A stretch of DNA of 48,459 nt, the filler included, from Catajapyx aquilonaris (taxonomy: Eukaryota), in the NCBI GenBank assembly GCA_000934665.2. It is 2 parts of 2 records of this genome, joined end to end, with 100 filler letters (N's around TTAATTAATTAA, not from the genome) between each part and the next. Parts side by side here need not be neighbours in the genome. Positions count along the whole stretch, not along the records: positions 24,275 to 48,459 come from KZ539371.1; 1 more part is not named here. One strand, written 5' to 3'. The notes below the pieces were generated by a model. The model had not been told where the DNA came from and did no database searches. It saw only the letters and a list, made by a program, of their open reading frames with translations. Every line of letters begins with the position of its first letter. Within the stretch, counting starts at the first letter, position 1. Of the stretch, positions 24,275 to 37,174 are shown piece by piece. Position numbers and translations under genes: made by a program.

Positions 24275-27154
24275 AGTGGATAATTTCGAGGGAATAAGTG
24301 ATTGACATCTGGACGAAGGACAGCTGGGTTCTCCCCCACCATTTACTACTGTCTAACAAAAACATGTGCGACTTTTTTCACATCCTTGCAATCACCAAAT
24401 CATTCTCCAGATATCAATTAGAGGGTGTTATGATCCTCCGATGCATTGGCATGAAAATAATGGAGATAACGTGTACAAAAATGTGCTCCCGCCATAGTCC
24501 GCTTACGGAGGAGCTCGCCCCCTATCGTGACGTCATGATTCCGGCGCCCTGGCCTTGTCTCTAGGTGGCCCTGCCTACACCCCATGATACCTGATACCTG
24601 TCCACAGACGGACGGACGGACAGAGCCTATAAGACATTTTCCGATGGATGAGAAAAGGTCTAAAAGATGGGTTTGCTAGGATAGAATTTTTAAAGGGGAA
24701 AGGAGAGGGGGGGGGTCTGGGGGTTGGAGGAGGGAGGGGGAAAATGTTAAGTCCACTTTTGGCCGAAAATGAGTTATGGGTGGTTTCAGTTTCAGTCCCA
24801 GTACCGTGACAGACGTTGGGGACAATAGCAGCAAACATGAAAAAGTCTACTCTAATCACGCTCACGTGATTTGCCAATCTTGTCCTTACAAGTGTGGATA
24901 CCCTCGTTGATGCTTGCATTGCTAGTTGCTGGACTCAGGGGCTCGCACTCCCATACCATCGCTCAACCGGCCTGAACCGGCAACCAGCGATGCAGGCATG
25001 CACGGGGTATCCTCTCAGGATAGACATCTTCATCGCCTGCCTTTCGGACACGATGCACGATAATAATAAATGATCAGTTACGGAGAGTAGAGCATATAAA
25101 TGACTTGCCTTGGTCTGCAGGTAGGCGATGATCTTAGATATTCGGCAGTGAATTCCTGGCATGGCACTTGTGAGCATGTCCTTCTTCTGGGTTCTGAAAA
25201 TCTTGTCAAGGCACATTTGCGCCAGTTTTGCCAGGGTGGATGATTCCATCACGTTTTCATTGGTTGGAACCTGTCTGCTGAGAGCATCCAGTAGTGAGAA
25301 GTTAAAAGCCATATCTCTCTTGAAGCTTCGTAACCATGCCTATAACCAGACAAAAACAGTCGTTTTCTCTTAAAAAATAACTGGAACACAGATAAGCAGA
25401 TTAAGTTTTTTTAATAGATTTGTTTGAGATTATTGGCATTACAATGAAACTTATTGTTTGGTGATATCGTATATCGTACTGTAGAGTACAAGGTAAGACA
25501 TAACTGTAGACCATTCCGCCTCCATCAATGAATAGATCTGCCCACGGATTGGCCCAAGATATGTGACGGCTTGAAATGCAGAATGATTGCAGTCACATTT
25601 GACTCATTTTGAGATGTATGAGAGTGTTAAGTTTGAACATTCGCATTATCCCTTTGGCCTGGAGTTTTGTCCCACCCAGTAAATCCATATCGCTTATTTG
25701 GTCACGTGACTGTGAACCAGCAATTTTTTGCTCGTAGGCTGTAGGCATACCTCTATCATTGGCAGTAGCTCTGGTGCATACACCCCGTCCTGTAGGTTGG
25801 CGACGAAGGTGTATCGCATCATGTAAGCGTCCATTCCAGTCTGGAAATAAAAACAATGTTCATATTTACACCATGTTAATTTATATATATATACAACAAC
25901 AACAACAACAACATCACGACATTTCCCTATGAGGGGTAGTCAGCGATGAAGGGAGATGCAAGCTAACCCAACATATGAACTAATAAAACACATGAGAAAG
26001 AACCTAAAAACAACCTGTCCCACCCCCACCCCTGCCCACCTCAGACATCACCTTATCCTCAGACNTGACCTGGCTGCCAGGGAAGGAAGGGAAGAGGTGG
26101 TCGCTTACTTGCAACTCCAAGTAAGTAGTGAATAGTGTCCATTGAATGGTGGTCGAGAATATTATCCACCTTTTATTCCTGATAAATGTGCACTTCGTTT
26201 ATTCATTTTTATACTAACATCTTTGGACCTCCAAAACCATTTGGGGGAGACAATCAGCATTATTTAAGAAAGGGAACAATACACATGCAGTGGAAATTGA
26301 GTCTTGTGCAGATATTTTTGTGCAGCTGCTTTTAGATGATTTGTTGCTAATCCCATTTTGAGACTGACTTGTTTGTAATGAGCTGAATTTTTATTTTTGC
26401 AAAGGAAGAGATAATAAAAGTTTGCATATGCAAATGTATTTCACTGCATTCTCAGTGTATTCTTATAATAATTATTATCTCAAGTAGTGTTACAAGAAAT
26501 GTGATAATGTTGTGTATTTAGTGACCTGCATGAATAAAGTGTGTGCAAGATTCAGTTATGATGCAAGTGTAGGTACTTGTCTTACATGGTATTATTTTTT
26601 GAAGCTCTTTTGGTTCCAGTATTTTTATACCCATGCTGCTTGGGATTGAATTTTGCACGAGTCATTGGTGTGGCAAACCAGACATTTTGAACATGTTTTG
26701 ATGATGTCAGGATCACAGATCAAATTATTTCATACTTTCGTAAGGAACAGATGAGGGGATTAAACGTTTTAAAGATCTCCACAAGAAAATATCCTCTGTA
26801 ACCAATTAAAAATGGCACATCTGTGCAGAAATTAAGTCCAACTGAGCATTGATTTTCATGCAATTCACATACAAAATTAATTTCTAGGAATTCATAATCC
26901 TTTGTGCATTTGTTTGTGTTTATTTTGAGCCATATCTTGTTGCCAGTTTTAAGTGGCCATTGTTCATCAATGCTGAAGGATCATTGCCAGCTCTTTAGCA
27001 ACAGAAGACCTTGCTCAAAAAATTTAAATTTAAAAAAATTAAAATGTAACAACTGTGCACACTCAGCATATCTGGGTTAATATAGGGAGGAAGCACCATT
27101 ATTGTGTGAAGCAATAGGAGGAATAATCTAGCAGTATACGTGAAGCATGGAATT

Positions 27155-27705
27155 AAGGTAGGTGCCCCAGTGATGGACCCGTTAAGGGGAAACAAATTCA
27201 CGTCGGACACTCTATGCAGGGGAATTATTAGTGTAAGCCATCCTCGAAAAAAAAAAAAACTTTCGAATCGTCGAAACTTGCTCTTCATCCAGTGCATATT
27301 CATGCCACATTATTTTAACAGGTTAGTTTTGCGTAAAGAATTTTCGTATGGAAGTGTGCACATGCCCCAGTTATGGATCACCAAAATGACGACTGCCCCA
27401 GTTATGGTACAGACTCATGCCCCAGTTATGGACCCCTCCGTATACCATATTTACTGGGATCGCGTGAATATCATCAGGGAAGGGTTTTACTCGGTTTTAC
27501 ATATTCACAACCTTTCCTCAACGTGGCGACCCCCCCCCCCCCCCCNCCCCCAACCCCGTTTTTCCCCCCAGAATTTTTCATTGCCAAAACCAGTTTCATC
27601 GGCCGGTCTCGGGTGCCGATATGGCCCGATGTCGAATGTTCGACACGAGGCTGCCATAACTATATAGCTCATCAACTTTTTTCGGCCCCATTATGGATCA
27701 CCAAG
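27155..27705. repeat. Dispersed GCCCCAGTTATGGA motif cluster, likely subterminal repeats of a DNA transposon
   Basis: Five same-orientation near-copies near 27165, 27364, 27395, 27419 and 27685. Confidence 0.55.
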
Positions 27706-28487
27706 ATAAAACTTTGTTTACATAAGATTGACGCAAAGGGACACCAAATCTGGAAAATTTGAAGGATTTATATCCCTTCCCGCTCAAAAAACCCGAAGTA
27801 ACACTTCCACTGATTTGCATGCAAGGTTTTACTTCGTACGTGTCTCTTAGCGAATCCGCTAAGAAAAGTAAAATTGCGAGGCAAAAATCGGAGGTGACAT
27901 GTTTACGCGCTTCTCATTCACTAAGTAGGTCATGAATGGTCTGTGAATGGTACACATGTTAGTTGCGATTGCTCAGTCAACCTCAAAGGGATGTGAAAAG
28001 AAGCCAGATGTCTCATTTCCACTCAATATTGCCGCGTTCCATTGTTTGTTAGGTTCTAAGTCTCCACTGAGAGTAAGCCTTCACATTCAAAATCAGCGCC
28101 TATGAATGCAAAATAACCAGCTAGCATTTTTAATTTTAAAAAATCATTGTTGACCACTCACTTTGCTCTCTGTTCAGTAGCGTGCATGCACAAGAAGTGT
28201 GTGCAGTACGGGTTCTTCAGCTATTGCTGGCTTGGTCTCAGATGGTGAGGAGTCAATGGGTGAATATTGTTGTAATTTGTAAATACGTCATAGAGCACGA
28301 CCCCGAAAAAAATATTGTTTTCATCCAAAGAGGCTTATTTCTTGCCCTGTACTTTACATACAGTGAGCATAGGCTTGGCCTAGACCACAAGTAGTAGTGA
28401 TTCCCAATTGAAGACACTGATTTCCGCTCTGGCGTGGAAAGATAATAAGCCAGCTAGTTTTATTTGTGGCGTCTTGACCTTGCCCCC

Positions 28488-28582
28488 NNNNNNNNNNNNN
28501 NNNNNNNNNNNNNNNNNNNNNNNNNNNNNNNNNNNNNNNNNNNNNNNNNNNNNNNNNNNNNNNNNNNNNNNNNNNNNNNNNN
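28488..28582. other. Assembly gap (N run) within a poly-C tract
   Basis: 95 N flanked by C runs. Confidence 0.98.
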
Positions 28583-29661
28583 ACCCCCCCCCCCCCCAGG
28601 GTAAAGATACGGATTTAATATGGTTCATTTTTGAAACTAGAAACATGTGCAGTGCTCAAGGGTATGGAAGGGGCTATCGAGACAGGACATATGAAGACAT
28701 TTTCGCCCTTTACGATGTCCTGTACTGTACAGGCGCGTAGGCAGAAAAATTTCGGAGGGGGGCATTTCATAAGCACAATATTAATGTGAACAAGCCGCAA
28801 AGGGCGGAGAGCCAGCCCGCCGCAGGCGAAAATTTTTTCGGGGGTTCAAGGTTTAGGTGAATAAGGGAGATCTGAATCCTGAATGGGTGTGTATTTGATG
28901 AAATTGATAGCACTTTTTCCAAAAAATCATGAATTTATAGTAAATAGTAATTTATAATGCTATTTCAAACTGTCCTGTATACCGCCAGTTGAATAACCCT
29001 GCCCTACAACCTCCTGTGGTGGGGAATAGAAGTCCTTCCCTCTCCTGAGTATATCCAGACAAACTGGTCAGTATTTGCACTGTGTATAGTGTGTACTGAA
29101 CATTCCAGTTGAAAAATAAGTAAATTCCCCAGGTCTTCTTTGCCGAAAATGTATGGAAATAAATTATCATAATCTACTTTATTCAAAATCTGGAAGGTAT
29201 ATATTTTTTCTCAAATCTCCAATGAAACCTCGCTTACATGCAAATGTCCCACATTCCACCCACCAATTTGCGAGAAAAATATATTGTTTTATCCTTGGTT
29301 TTATCCTCCGAACACCTCCGCTTCTCGACTCACCGTGCCTGTTACGACCATATTATTTTACGCATAGATTTACCATAACTGCCCTCAAAATACCAGGGGC
29401 TCAAAATTGGGGGGAAAAGGCTAGAAAATGCCTGCAAATGTTCCTCAAACGGTTTTGATCGGACCCACGTTTTATTAGGAAGAAGGCAAAAATATCTTTG
29501 GTCATTCATCCTCATACTCGTAACCCACTCGTACCTCGTAAGCTCATTGTCTTTCGCTAGCACGACGCACGAATGAATTGTAACTTTTGTGTTCCGTTCG
29601 CCGGCCAACATATAACCCCGCATTTCGAAGACAAATTGTGACATACCGGTACTCAAAAATT

Positions 29662-29913
29662 GAATGGGTTAGTGCCATAACGTGCTAAGCCACAAAACCT
29701 TCATTCTGAGATATGGGCTTTCAAAAATTTGGCGTAATATGGCAAATCATACAAAACAAGGAACATGATTCGTGATTTTCTCGTGATCTATGGGGAATTT
29801 TGCTAACTATACGTGATGCCCACTTGTGAAGCACGATGGTGGGACTTTCAGACACGTGCAAGCTCAAAAAACACAAAAAGTGTGGCTTAGCACGTTATGG
29901 CACTAACCCCTTC
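29662..29913. mobile_element. MITE with ~32-bp TIRs, possibly Sola-like
   Basis: gaa(t/g)gggttagtgccataacgtgctaagccaca inverted at both ends; flanks AATT and ATAT (imperfect TSD). Confidence 0.75.
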
Positions 29914-31429
29914 ATATGACGACAAAGTGGATGTTCCCCTGAATTGCTACACGTGATCTGCAATTGACATTATCTTGCTCCTGGAGATTACCTGGAAGTA
30001 TGCAAATGCAAAATACGCGTAAACTGCCTGCACATTCAGACAGGAATGTAAGGATGAAGTTACTGGGGTTCAGGGAGCAAAAATAGTAATATGAGCCACA
30101 GGTGCAGACTTCGACATAACAGGAAGTTAGTGTCCTGCTGATGCAGGCTTGCTTGGCCATGGACTTTCGACCCCCGACACGCCGTCAAGAGTCAACCGTC
30201 TTGAGGTGACATCAAGGACACTCTCATTATGTTATTATCAGCCTTTGTGCTGTACAATTGTCCTGTTTTTTCCTTGATCCCTGGACAGAAAGCCATTGCT
30301 GGCTTAATAGACTACGATAATAATTATATTATGTCCCCCAAAGAGTTGAGATCGAATGAATATAGGAATCGAGCTACCGTTAGTCTGCTAGAAAATATGG
30401 GTGTTGAGGACCCTCGGATCGAGAGCGACCCTGTGTTGAACCTAGAATCCAGGTGTTCATAACTATAAACGACCTGGCTGAACCAGTGGAGTTGTCCATG
30501 TCCGTCAGGCACACTTCTCTGATGTCGAACCACAGGCCTACCTACTAGTTGGGTCCGTTAGGGTCCAACTCGATCCCTCATGCGTGTTGGAATATTGACA
30601 TTAAGTTAGCCCATTACGTAAACGAACAGGTGGTTAACCCACTCTCAACCCAGGTTCAACCTTGACTCATCGTTCAACATTGTATGCATACGGACCTTAA
30701 TGGTATTGTGCCAATAATAAGTTACTGATAATATTCATGTCGTCAATCGCGTCCACGTAGCAAAAACGATGGAAACAAATTCCCACGATGGTGGCTATAG
30801 TTCTAGCTGTGAGAAAATCTCCAGTCACAGAGTCACTGAAGGCTACCTAATCTCCCCCCTCCCCCATCCCCAATATTCACCTCCCAGTCATCACAAATTA
30901 ATCCCCCAGTCCCTGCCACTAATACATTTTCTGTAAACAAGTAAATCGGAGGAAGTGGCACTAACAATAAAAAAGTTCACATGGCAGCAAAAGGCTTAGG
31001 GGTGGTTACACCAGCATTTCCCACTGTCACTTGATACGTTAGTTTTCTGACTCCACTGTCGCCTTTCAGGTCCCCAGTTAGGGTAAGCTTTACGCATCCC
31101 CAATTCCCCATCTAACACTTCTAAAACTCACGCTCATCTTTGATTGTGCCAGGGCAAGGTGGGTCTGGCAAAGTGGGAGCCGATGTGCCAGTTGTCGAAC
31201 GACACTGGCTGATCAGGAGTCGCTTCAAGTCGTCACTCTTCACACCGCACCGGCCCAAATAATGCCACTGCACTGCAGGGAATGGATTGCGAAGCAATGG
31301 CGCAAGCAATGGTGGCAGTGGCACGATTGCTGCGCACGACCAACAGAGGCGCTGCTGCCTACCTTAACCTAACCCGTGCCTTAACCCTAGCCAGCCCCCG
31401 GACACTTATACTACATTCTGAGCTTATCG

Positions 31430-31722
31430 CCTGCCGAGGAGTTTTGCAGCGGGTGCTCACCTGAGAGCGCCATGAGACATTTCCCGGAGCAATTATGTGG
31501 CGACCCTACCGGACTATAGGCAGACCTTTATAGGTACAAAAGGGAAGCGCTACATTGGGGGACCCAACATGGGCGCCCGGCGGCCATGTTGGGCCCACAT
31601 GTACCGCTTCCCTTTTGTACCTATAAAGTTCAGCCTAGTCCGGTAGGGTCGCCACATAATTGCTCTGGGAAATGTCTCATGGCGCTCTCAGGTGAGCACC
31701 CGCTGCAAAACGCCTCGGCAGG
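31430..31722. repeat. ~290-bp GC-rich fold-back (arms ~145 bp)
   Basis: cctgccgaggagttttgcagcgggtgctcacctgagagcgccatgagacatttccc...cccaacatgg / ccatgttggg...gggaaatgtctcatggcgctctcaggtgagcacccgctgcaaaacgcctcggcagg; no TSD seen. Confidence 0.9.
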
Positions 31723-32721
31723 GCGTGGGTGGGAGTGACCTAACCTGAGGGTTCTAAAACCATGAACCTAGCTAACCAGCCTTAACTTCATAATTACACT
31801 GTATTATGTGCTGGCCCCTGCCTGGCAAAGATTTTTCTTTTCTGCTAGACTATGACTAGACGACTTGATGAACAATTTCGCATCACTTCAGATTGGATTG
31901 TGCCTGCCCGGCATTTGAGCGAGCAATATGAAATGTGGGTGCACGGAGCTCTCTCTCTATACACGCAATTAAATTATTAATTGAATGCCTTTTTATTAGA
32001 TTTATCAAGTATGATAAATAGAGATGGGAAGGTGGGGGAAAAAAAACGGCTTTTGGGGGGCTGTTTTCATTTTAAAATCATTGTAATTATGTCCTTCCAG
32101 AAGATCCAACCCACCAGCTGCCGAAGGCGGAAATAACCGCTTTATGCTATTTGCCTGCAGGAGGCACTGGATTTACCTTAAGAAGTGTCCGTTTGCCCAG
32201 ACTTCCTTATTTGGTTTTGCGCTTTGCCACGCATCCGACGCATGTATCGGTATACATTATAAGTGGTTAGTGATTTGTTGGCGCTATAAGGTCCTTTGCA
32301 GAATTACATTTAGTGGGTTTCAAAAGCTTTAGCCGAGCTAATAGTATGACGCAATGAATCAACTAACCTCGCCGTAAATTGCAACGAATTTCCGTTGAAA
32401 AATGGCTCAATGGAACAATTAACGACATCGAACTTTAGTGACGGAATCCCCAATTGTGAGGCCAAACCCCTCCACAAGCTTTAAAAGGTACGGCTCCACA
32501 AAGCCTAATATTAGGGGCTAATATTTTTGATAACCACTAAAAGTAACCAAGAAAATAACAGCTTATTGTAATAAATCGCAAATAACATTTTAATATTGGA
32601 ATATCCTGAACCGTCTTATTCTGAACCACCCATTGTTCAGTTCGGAAAATTTTCGCGGAACTGAGCGACTCAGATATGCATCAGGACTTCCTGCTTTTAT
32701 TTTTTTTATTCATAACTTTTT

Positions 32722-32780
32722 ATCATCATCGTCATCATCGTCATCATCATCATCATAATCATAATCATAATTCATCATTA
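32722..32780. repeat. Imperfect (CAT)n/(CATAAT)n microsatellite
   Basis: Directly visible. Confidence 0.85.
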
Positions 32781-33057
32781 CACTGTATTTCCGATTATCT
32801 GGATGCGGATTATCCGTCCAACAAGTCTCGCGAACCAAAATATATAACCGAGTTTTTCCAAAAGAGAAATCAAATTTATCTAAGGTGAGTTTTATTATTT
32901 TAATTCAACCTTATTTAAAGCATCATACAGTATGGCTGTACAGTAGTTAATTCAAAACCTGTGAATGGCTCATTTTTACGGTAACTAGGACCATTTTCGG
33001 ATTATCCGAGCATACCCGTACATTCATTAGCACGGATAATCGGGAATACACTCAGTG
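32781..33057. mobile_element. pogo/Tigger-like MITE
   Basis: TA-flanked ends cactgtatttccgattatc / cggataatcgggaatacac..tg with internal cggattatccg repeats, as is typical of pogo-type MITEs. Confidence 0.7.
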
Positions 33058-33421
33058 TATTATTATAGTTATTATTGTTGTTGATTGTTATTTAAAATGT
33101 TTGTAATTAGCAGCTTAAACTCTTAGCTGCTTGTCCGGTTTCAACCAGTAGAAATAGAGACCCTCTCGATCAGCTCATGTGCGGCAGTAGTGGAAATGGA
33201 GAGAAAAACTACGCGCAATAAGGGTTTTCCGTGTGTCTCACTTCGAGAAGAGCCATTTATGGCATTCTGCAAGTGAAATAAGAGTCATGAGCATCATGTT
33301 AGTCTGCCAGGGACGGAATCCGCAACCTTATTATGGAAATATTAGTATTCAAACCGTTCAAAATATCCTGGCAGGTATGCATCCCTCCACCGACTTGGAC
33401 CTTTTAATCTTTTTTTGAGAT

Positions 33422-33669
33422 GATAGAGCTCCCTTCCAAAATGACCTAAGTCCCATTTAGTGTTTTTTCAGGACAGAGGGAAAACCTCTCTTTGACTAAG
33501 GTTGTTTTGGCACGAAAGCCAAACTTGGCGACGGTTTTCCCATATGACAAAGGTTGTTTTGGCACAAAATGACATTGTTGGCAGCTGCGCGGCAGCATGA
33601 AGGGTGCATTCGTGTGGCTAACTCAAAATCTGCAAAAAATGACTAGGCTGTTTTGGAAGGGAGCTCTTC
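33422..33669. mobile_element. MITE with short TIRs, possibly Sola-like
   Basis: agagctcccttccaaaa / ttttggaagggagctct; internal aaggttgttttggcac repeated twice; flanks AGAT and ATAT. Confidence 0.65.
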
Positions 33670-33925
33670 ATATTATATCATGCGATGGAAGAGGATGGAA
33701 GGTTAAGCTGTTCATGAGGTATAACCGGCAGTGACAGGAAGCGATGGAAGTGTCGCAGGTTGTATCCGCAATATACGTATACTATGGTAGAGCTGTAGTT
33801 GAAGGCATACTTGGTTGAAAAGTTTTATTGCGGAATCCTTTCTGGTCATATGAAATCAACCAGTCCTGGTGGCTTCTGCTCCAGCAATAATATTACTGTT
33901 CTTCATTGCTGACTTATGTGCCCAT

Positions 33926-34890
33926 CAGGGGTAGCAATATTACGCGTTTTTACGCGGGGAACGCGTTTTTTACGGTTTTTTCCCCGAGGTCTCGGAAAAA
34001 TGGGAAATTTTGTTTTTGTTTTTTATCTTGCCTTTTTTTAGTTCAAAGTTGCTACGCATGTTAAAAAAACCTTATGCATTCTTTAAATCTGCATATTTTT
34101 ATTAGCGATACGCTGACACATATGAATTATTCGTATGCAGTTATGCTCATATTAAATGCTTTTTTGTCCTCAAAATAATGTCACTGTTACTGCCCGTCTG
34201 CCACATTACAAAAGTCACTCTCTCACTCCTGGGTGTCACTGTCACAACTATAGAGTCCTCCTCGTCACCATTTAAGTCAGCTTGGGCTGAAGAATTATTG
34301 GGAGTTGCTCTTGCAGTGCTGAAGGTGCCACCAGCTTCTCTACCCTCTCCACTTTCAGCCGATTACGATTTTTTTTGTGTGTGGACCCAATAGTGGACCA
34401 GTTGCGTTCACATACTGCTGAACTGGGGGGAAGGCACGAAATTCGTGCTGCAATTGAAGTCAGTGTCTGATTTGTGCATAATATAATCCTTGCCACCATG
34501 AACTTGGAGCTGAGTGGTGTGCCGATTTCCACAGGGCCTTGACCACAGTCTAGTATGGATTCGGTATTCACCCAATGCCTTTCCATCATCAATGTTAAAA
34601 TAACTGCACTGTCCAGAAGGCACTCACAGTATCATTATCACGGAGGCTTTTACCTTCATATCGAGGATCCAACAGGTTAGCAGCAAAGTGGATGGGCTTG
34701 CAAGTAAATGAGTTTCGCTCCTTGACACACATTTTAACCTTCTCCTGCTCTTGTGGGGTTAGGTGTGTGGTACCCAGGTGTTCTTCCAATGTTTTGTCAA
34801 TTTGCACAAAAACTTCAGAAACATCAGAGAGTAATGCAGAATCAGACACAAGGCGAGAAATTCCTCTGGAAATTGGACGAAGTACCTCTT
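33926..34890 (-). mobile_element. hAT transposon 3' remnant (transposase C-terminal and dimerisation domain, frameshifted)
   Basis: Peptides PIHFAANLLDPRYEG and IAARISCLPPSSAVCERNWSTIGSTHKKNRNRLKVERVEKLV are hAT C-terminal motifs; CAGGGGT terminus with acgcgttttt subterminal repeats at 33926. Confidence 0.88.
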
Positions 34891-35980
34891 GGACAAAGAG
34901 AGTACCGTATGGTAATGATCGATTACATAGTTACAGCACGTTTAAACAACATAAACTACGGCACTATTTTAATCATGATCAAAGAAATACAAAAAATTAA
35001 ACTGTCAGTCACAGCATGGGGGAGCACAGTAATAAGAATCAGTCTGACTAATTTGGATATTTTTTGTTTATTTGATTACGAGTGGAAAAATATAGAAAAT
35101 CTGTAAGTATAGCCTATACTCACAAGTTAGACTTTACCCACACGATGCAAAAAGGCATTGTTGTAATGGATATTTTCTAAAACGTTTTAGGCTGACTAAA
35201 GGTCTACCGAAAACTTTCGGTACCTAAAGGTGCGTTTTTTGAAAAAAATTATATCTCAATACTTGGGCGAGTTTTCTTTCCTAGATTTTGTTTCCTGAGC
35301 TTACTGTCAATTAGAAGGGCTTTCAATGTAAATTAAATTCAAGTAAAAAATAAACACTTGTTTTTTCCCACATGAAAAGACAGTTTCATTTTGTGCGACG
35401 ACAGTCAAATTCTCAGCAAAATCGAATTACGCTATAAGTCCATTATTGTTCAAAATTTATTTCAAGACCTCAATAAAATAATGATGCCTGCGTTCTGCTG
35501 ACAAAGTAGTGGGATCTCATCAGTTTCATGATTTTGATGCAGAACTGTTCAACAAATTCGCATGTGTGGGTAATGTTTGATGGGTCAAAGTGCACCTGTC
35601 TGTTCTTTATTCCCACTGCCACTGGTTCAATCACACTTCTTCGATGCCCTCTTTGTTGTACAATTTAAGCAACAGGTCAAAAAAGCAGATTTGCTATAGC
35701 AAGCGCAATGCCTGGAACATTGTAATAGCCTACCACTGTTTTATTCCCAATTATGAGAAGAAGAGTCTACAACATATCTCACAGTACTCACACTAACCGG
35801 CAAATTTTTTTGTGAAAAAGGTGATGCACTTCACGTGGAATTTCCCTGGATGTATTGAAACTTATTTTATCGTATTTAAATGACGATTAATCTATTTATT
35901 TCAATATATTTCAATGCGTATAAACAATAACGGGTACGTGCTGCAATTTTAAAATTCCCTCCATAATAATAATGAAAATA

Positions 35981-36323
35981 GGGGAGACGGAGTGGTGCCG
36001 CGGTAACGCGCGCGCCCACGGAAGTTAAGGTCCCGGGTTCAATCCCCACCCGGGGTTCCCACCTTCTTTCGTGCAGAGTTGGGCCATCTCTGGCTTCGTT
36101 TCGGGTGGCAATTTCCGGCAGACCAAGCCACCCGGGGGAGTTCACAAAATGACGATTAGAGACATTGCACTTGCACTTTGCACATCCCCTCCCACCCACC
36201 CTTGGAGCATACTAATTAAGATTATTCTTAAACTCGCTCCAAAACACATTCCAAAGGTGGCAACCCACCCCCCCTAAGGAGTAGTATAACTCCCCCCGTG
36301 GGGTAATGAGAAAAAAAAAAAAA
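35981..36323 (+). mobile_element. tRNA-derived SINE with poly(A) tail and 10-bp TSD
   Basis: A-box TGGTGCCGCGG, B-box GGTTCAATCCC, poly(A) from 36311; TSD aatgaaaata at 35971-35980 and 36324-36333. Confidence 0.9.
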
Positions 36324-36434
36324 AATGAAAATAAAACCTGAAAAATGCAATGCACTTAATTCAATCAACTGCAGCTTACTTAAAATAATTTAAATTCGTG
36401 TCAAATCTATTTGTTTAAATTTGTAAACTATGTA

Positions 36435-36634
36435 TAATGTACGGAAAACGAGAGAACGCTCTGACGTCATCGTTTCTTATATTGTTGCTTTTTGTTGACA
36501 TGTTTACCGAGCTGTTTACTCATTGTTCTGCGAGGGTATTTCCATGGAAACCATGATGACGTCAGATCGTTCTCATCTTAGATCATATAGACATAATATA
36601 ATTATGGTCTAAGGTTCTCATTTTCCGTACATTA
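36435..36634. mobile_element. MITE carrying a nested 37-bp insertion with 8-bp TSD
   Basis: Arms taatgtacggaaaacgagagaacgctctgacgtcatc / gatgacgtcagatcgttctc..attttccgtacatta; insert at 36577-36613 flanked by gttctcat on both sides. Confidence 0.75.
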
Positions 36635-37174
36635 GGTGCTGCAATTTAAAATTCCTTCCACAACAACAACAACAACAAAAACAACAATAATGAACGATAA
36701 TGAAACATAAAATCTGGCAATATGCAATTTAACTTAATGTAATTACTTTTTCTGTAGCTGAACAATATAATTTGGCATATAATTTTAAATTCGGGATAAA
36801 TTTATTTAAATTGGTAAAAAATGGGTAGGTGCTGCCAGCTCTCGGGCGACGGGCACAACTGGCTTTTGGTCGGATCGGCGGATCGGGTCGGATAGCAATA
36901 GAGGAAGGATATACTCTAACAAGTAACAACCGTGGGATAGAGTCACGATAGAGTCGACAGACAACGAACTACGCAGGAGAAGTGACTTTTGTTTGGCTTC
37001 ATCCCGTGCGTCATCTATCAGTCTGTCTTCTGCATGTCTATTACTATGATCATTTACTCTTGCTATGATGGTTGGCTCTGCTTTTTATAGTTGTTGTGCC
37101 ATAGGGCACCTGCCATAGGCTTTCTGCAGGTGGACAACTGTATTCACAGGCAGCGTTGACTGGAAGCTCAGGCT

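Noticed and set aside
24595..24670. (GACG)n tract resembling a DINE-1/Helentron end
   Set aside because: Suggestive only; no subterminal inverted repeats or boundaries could be established next to the gap.
27155..27705. Spaced GCCCCAGTTATGGA repeats as a CRISPR-like array
   Set aside because: Short, irregularly spaced, eukaryotic context and no cas genes; better explained as transposon subterminal repeats.
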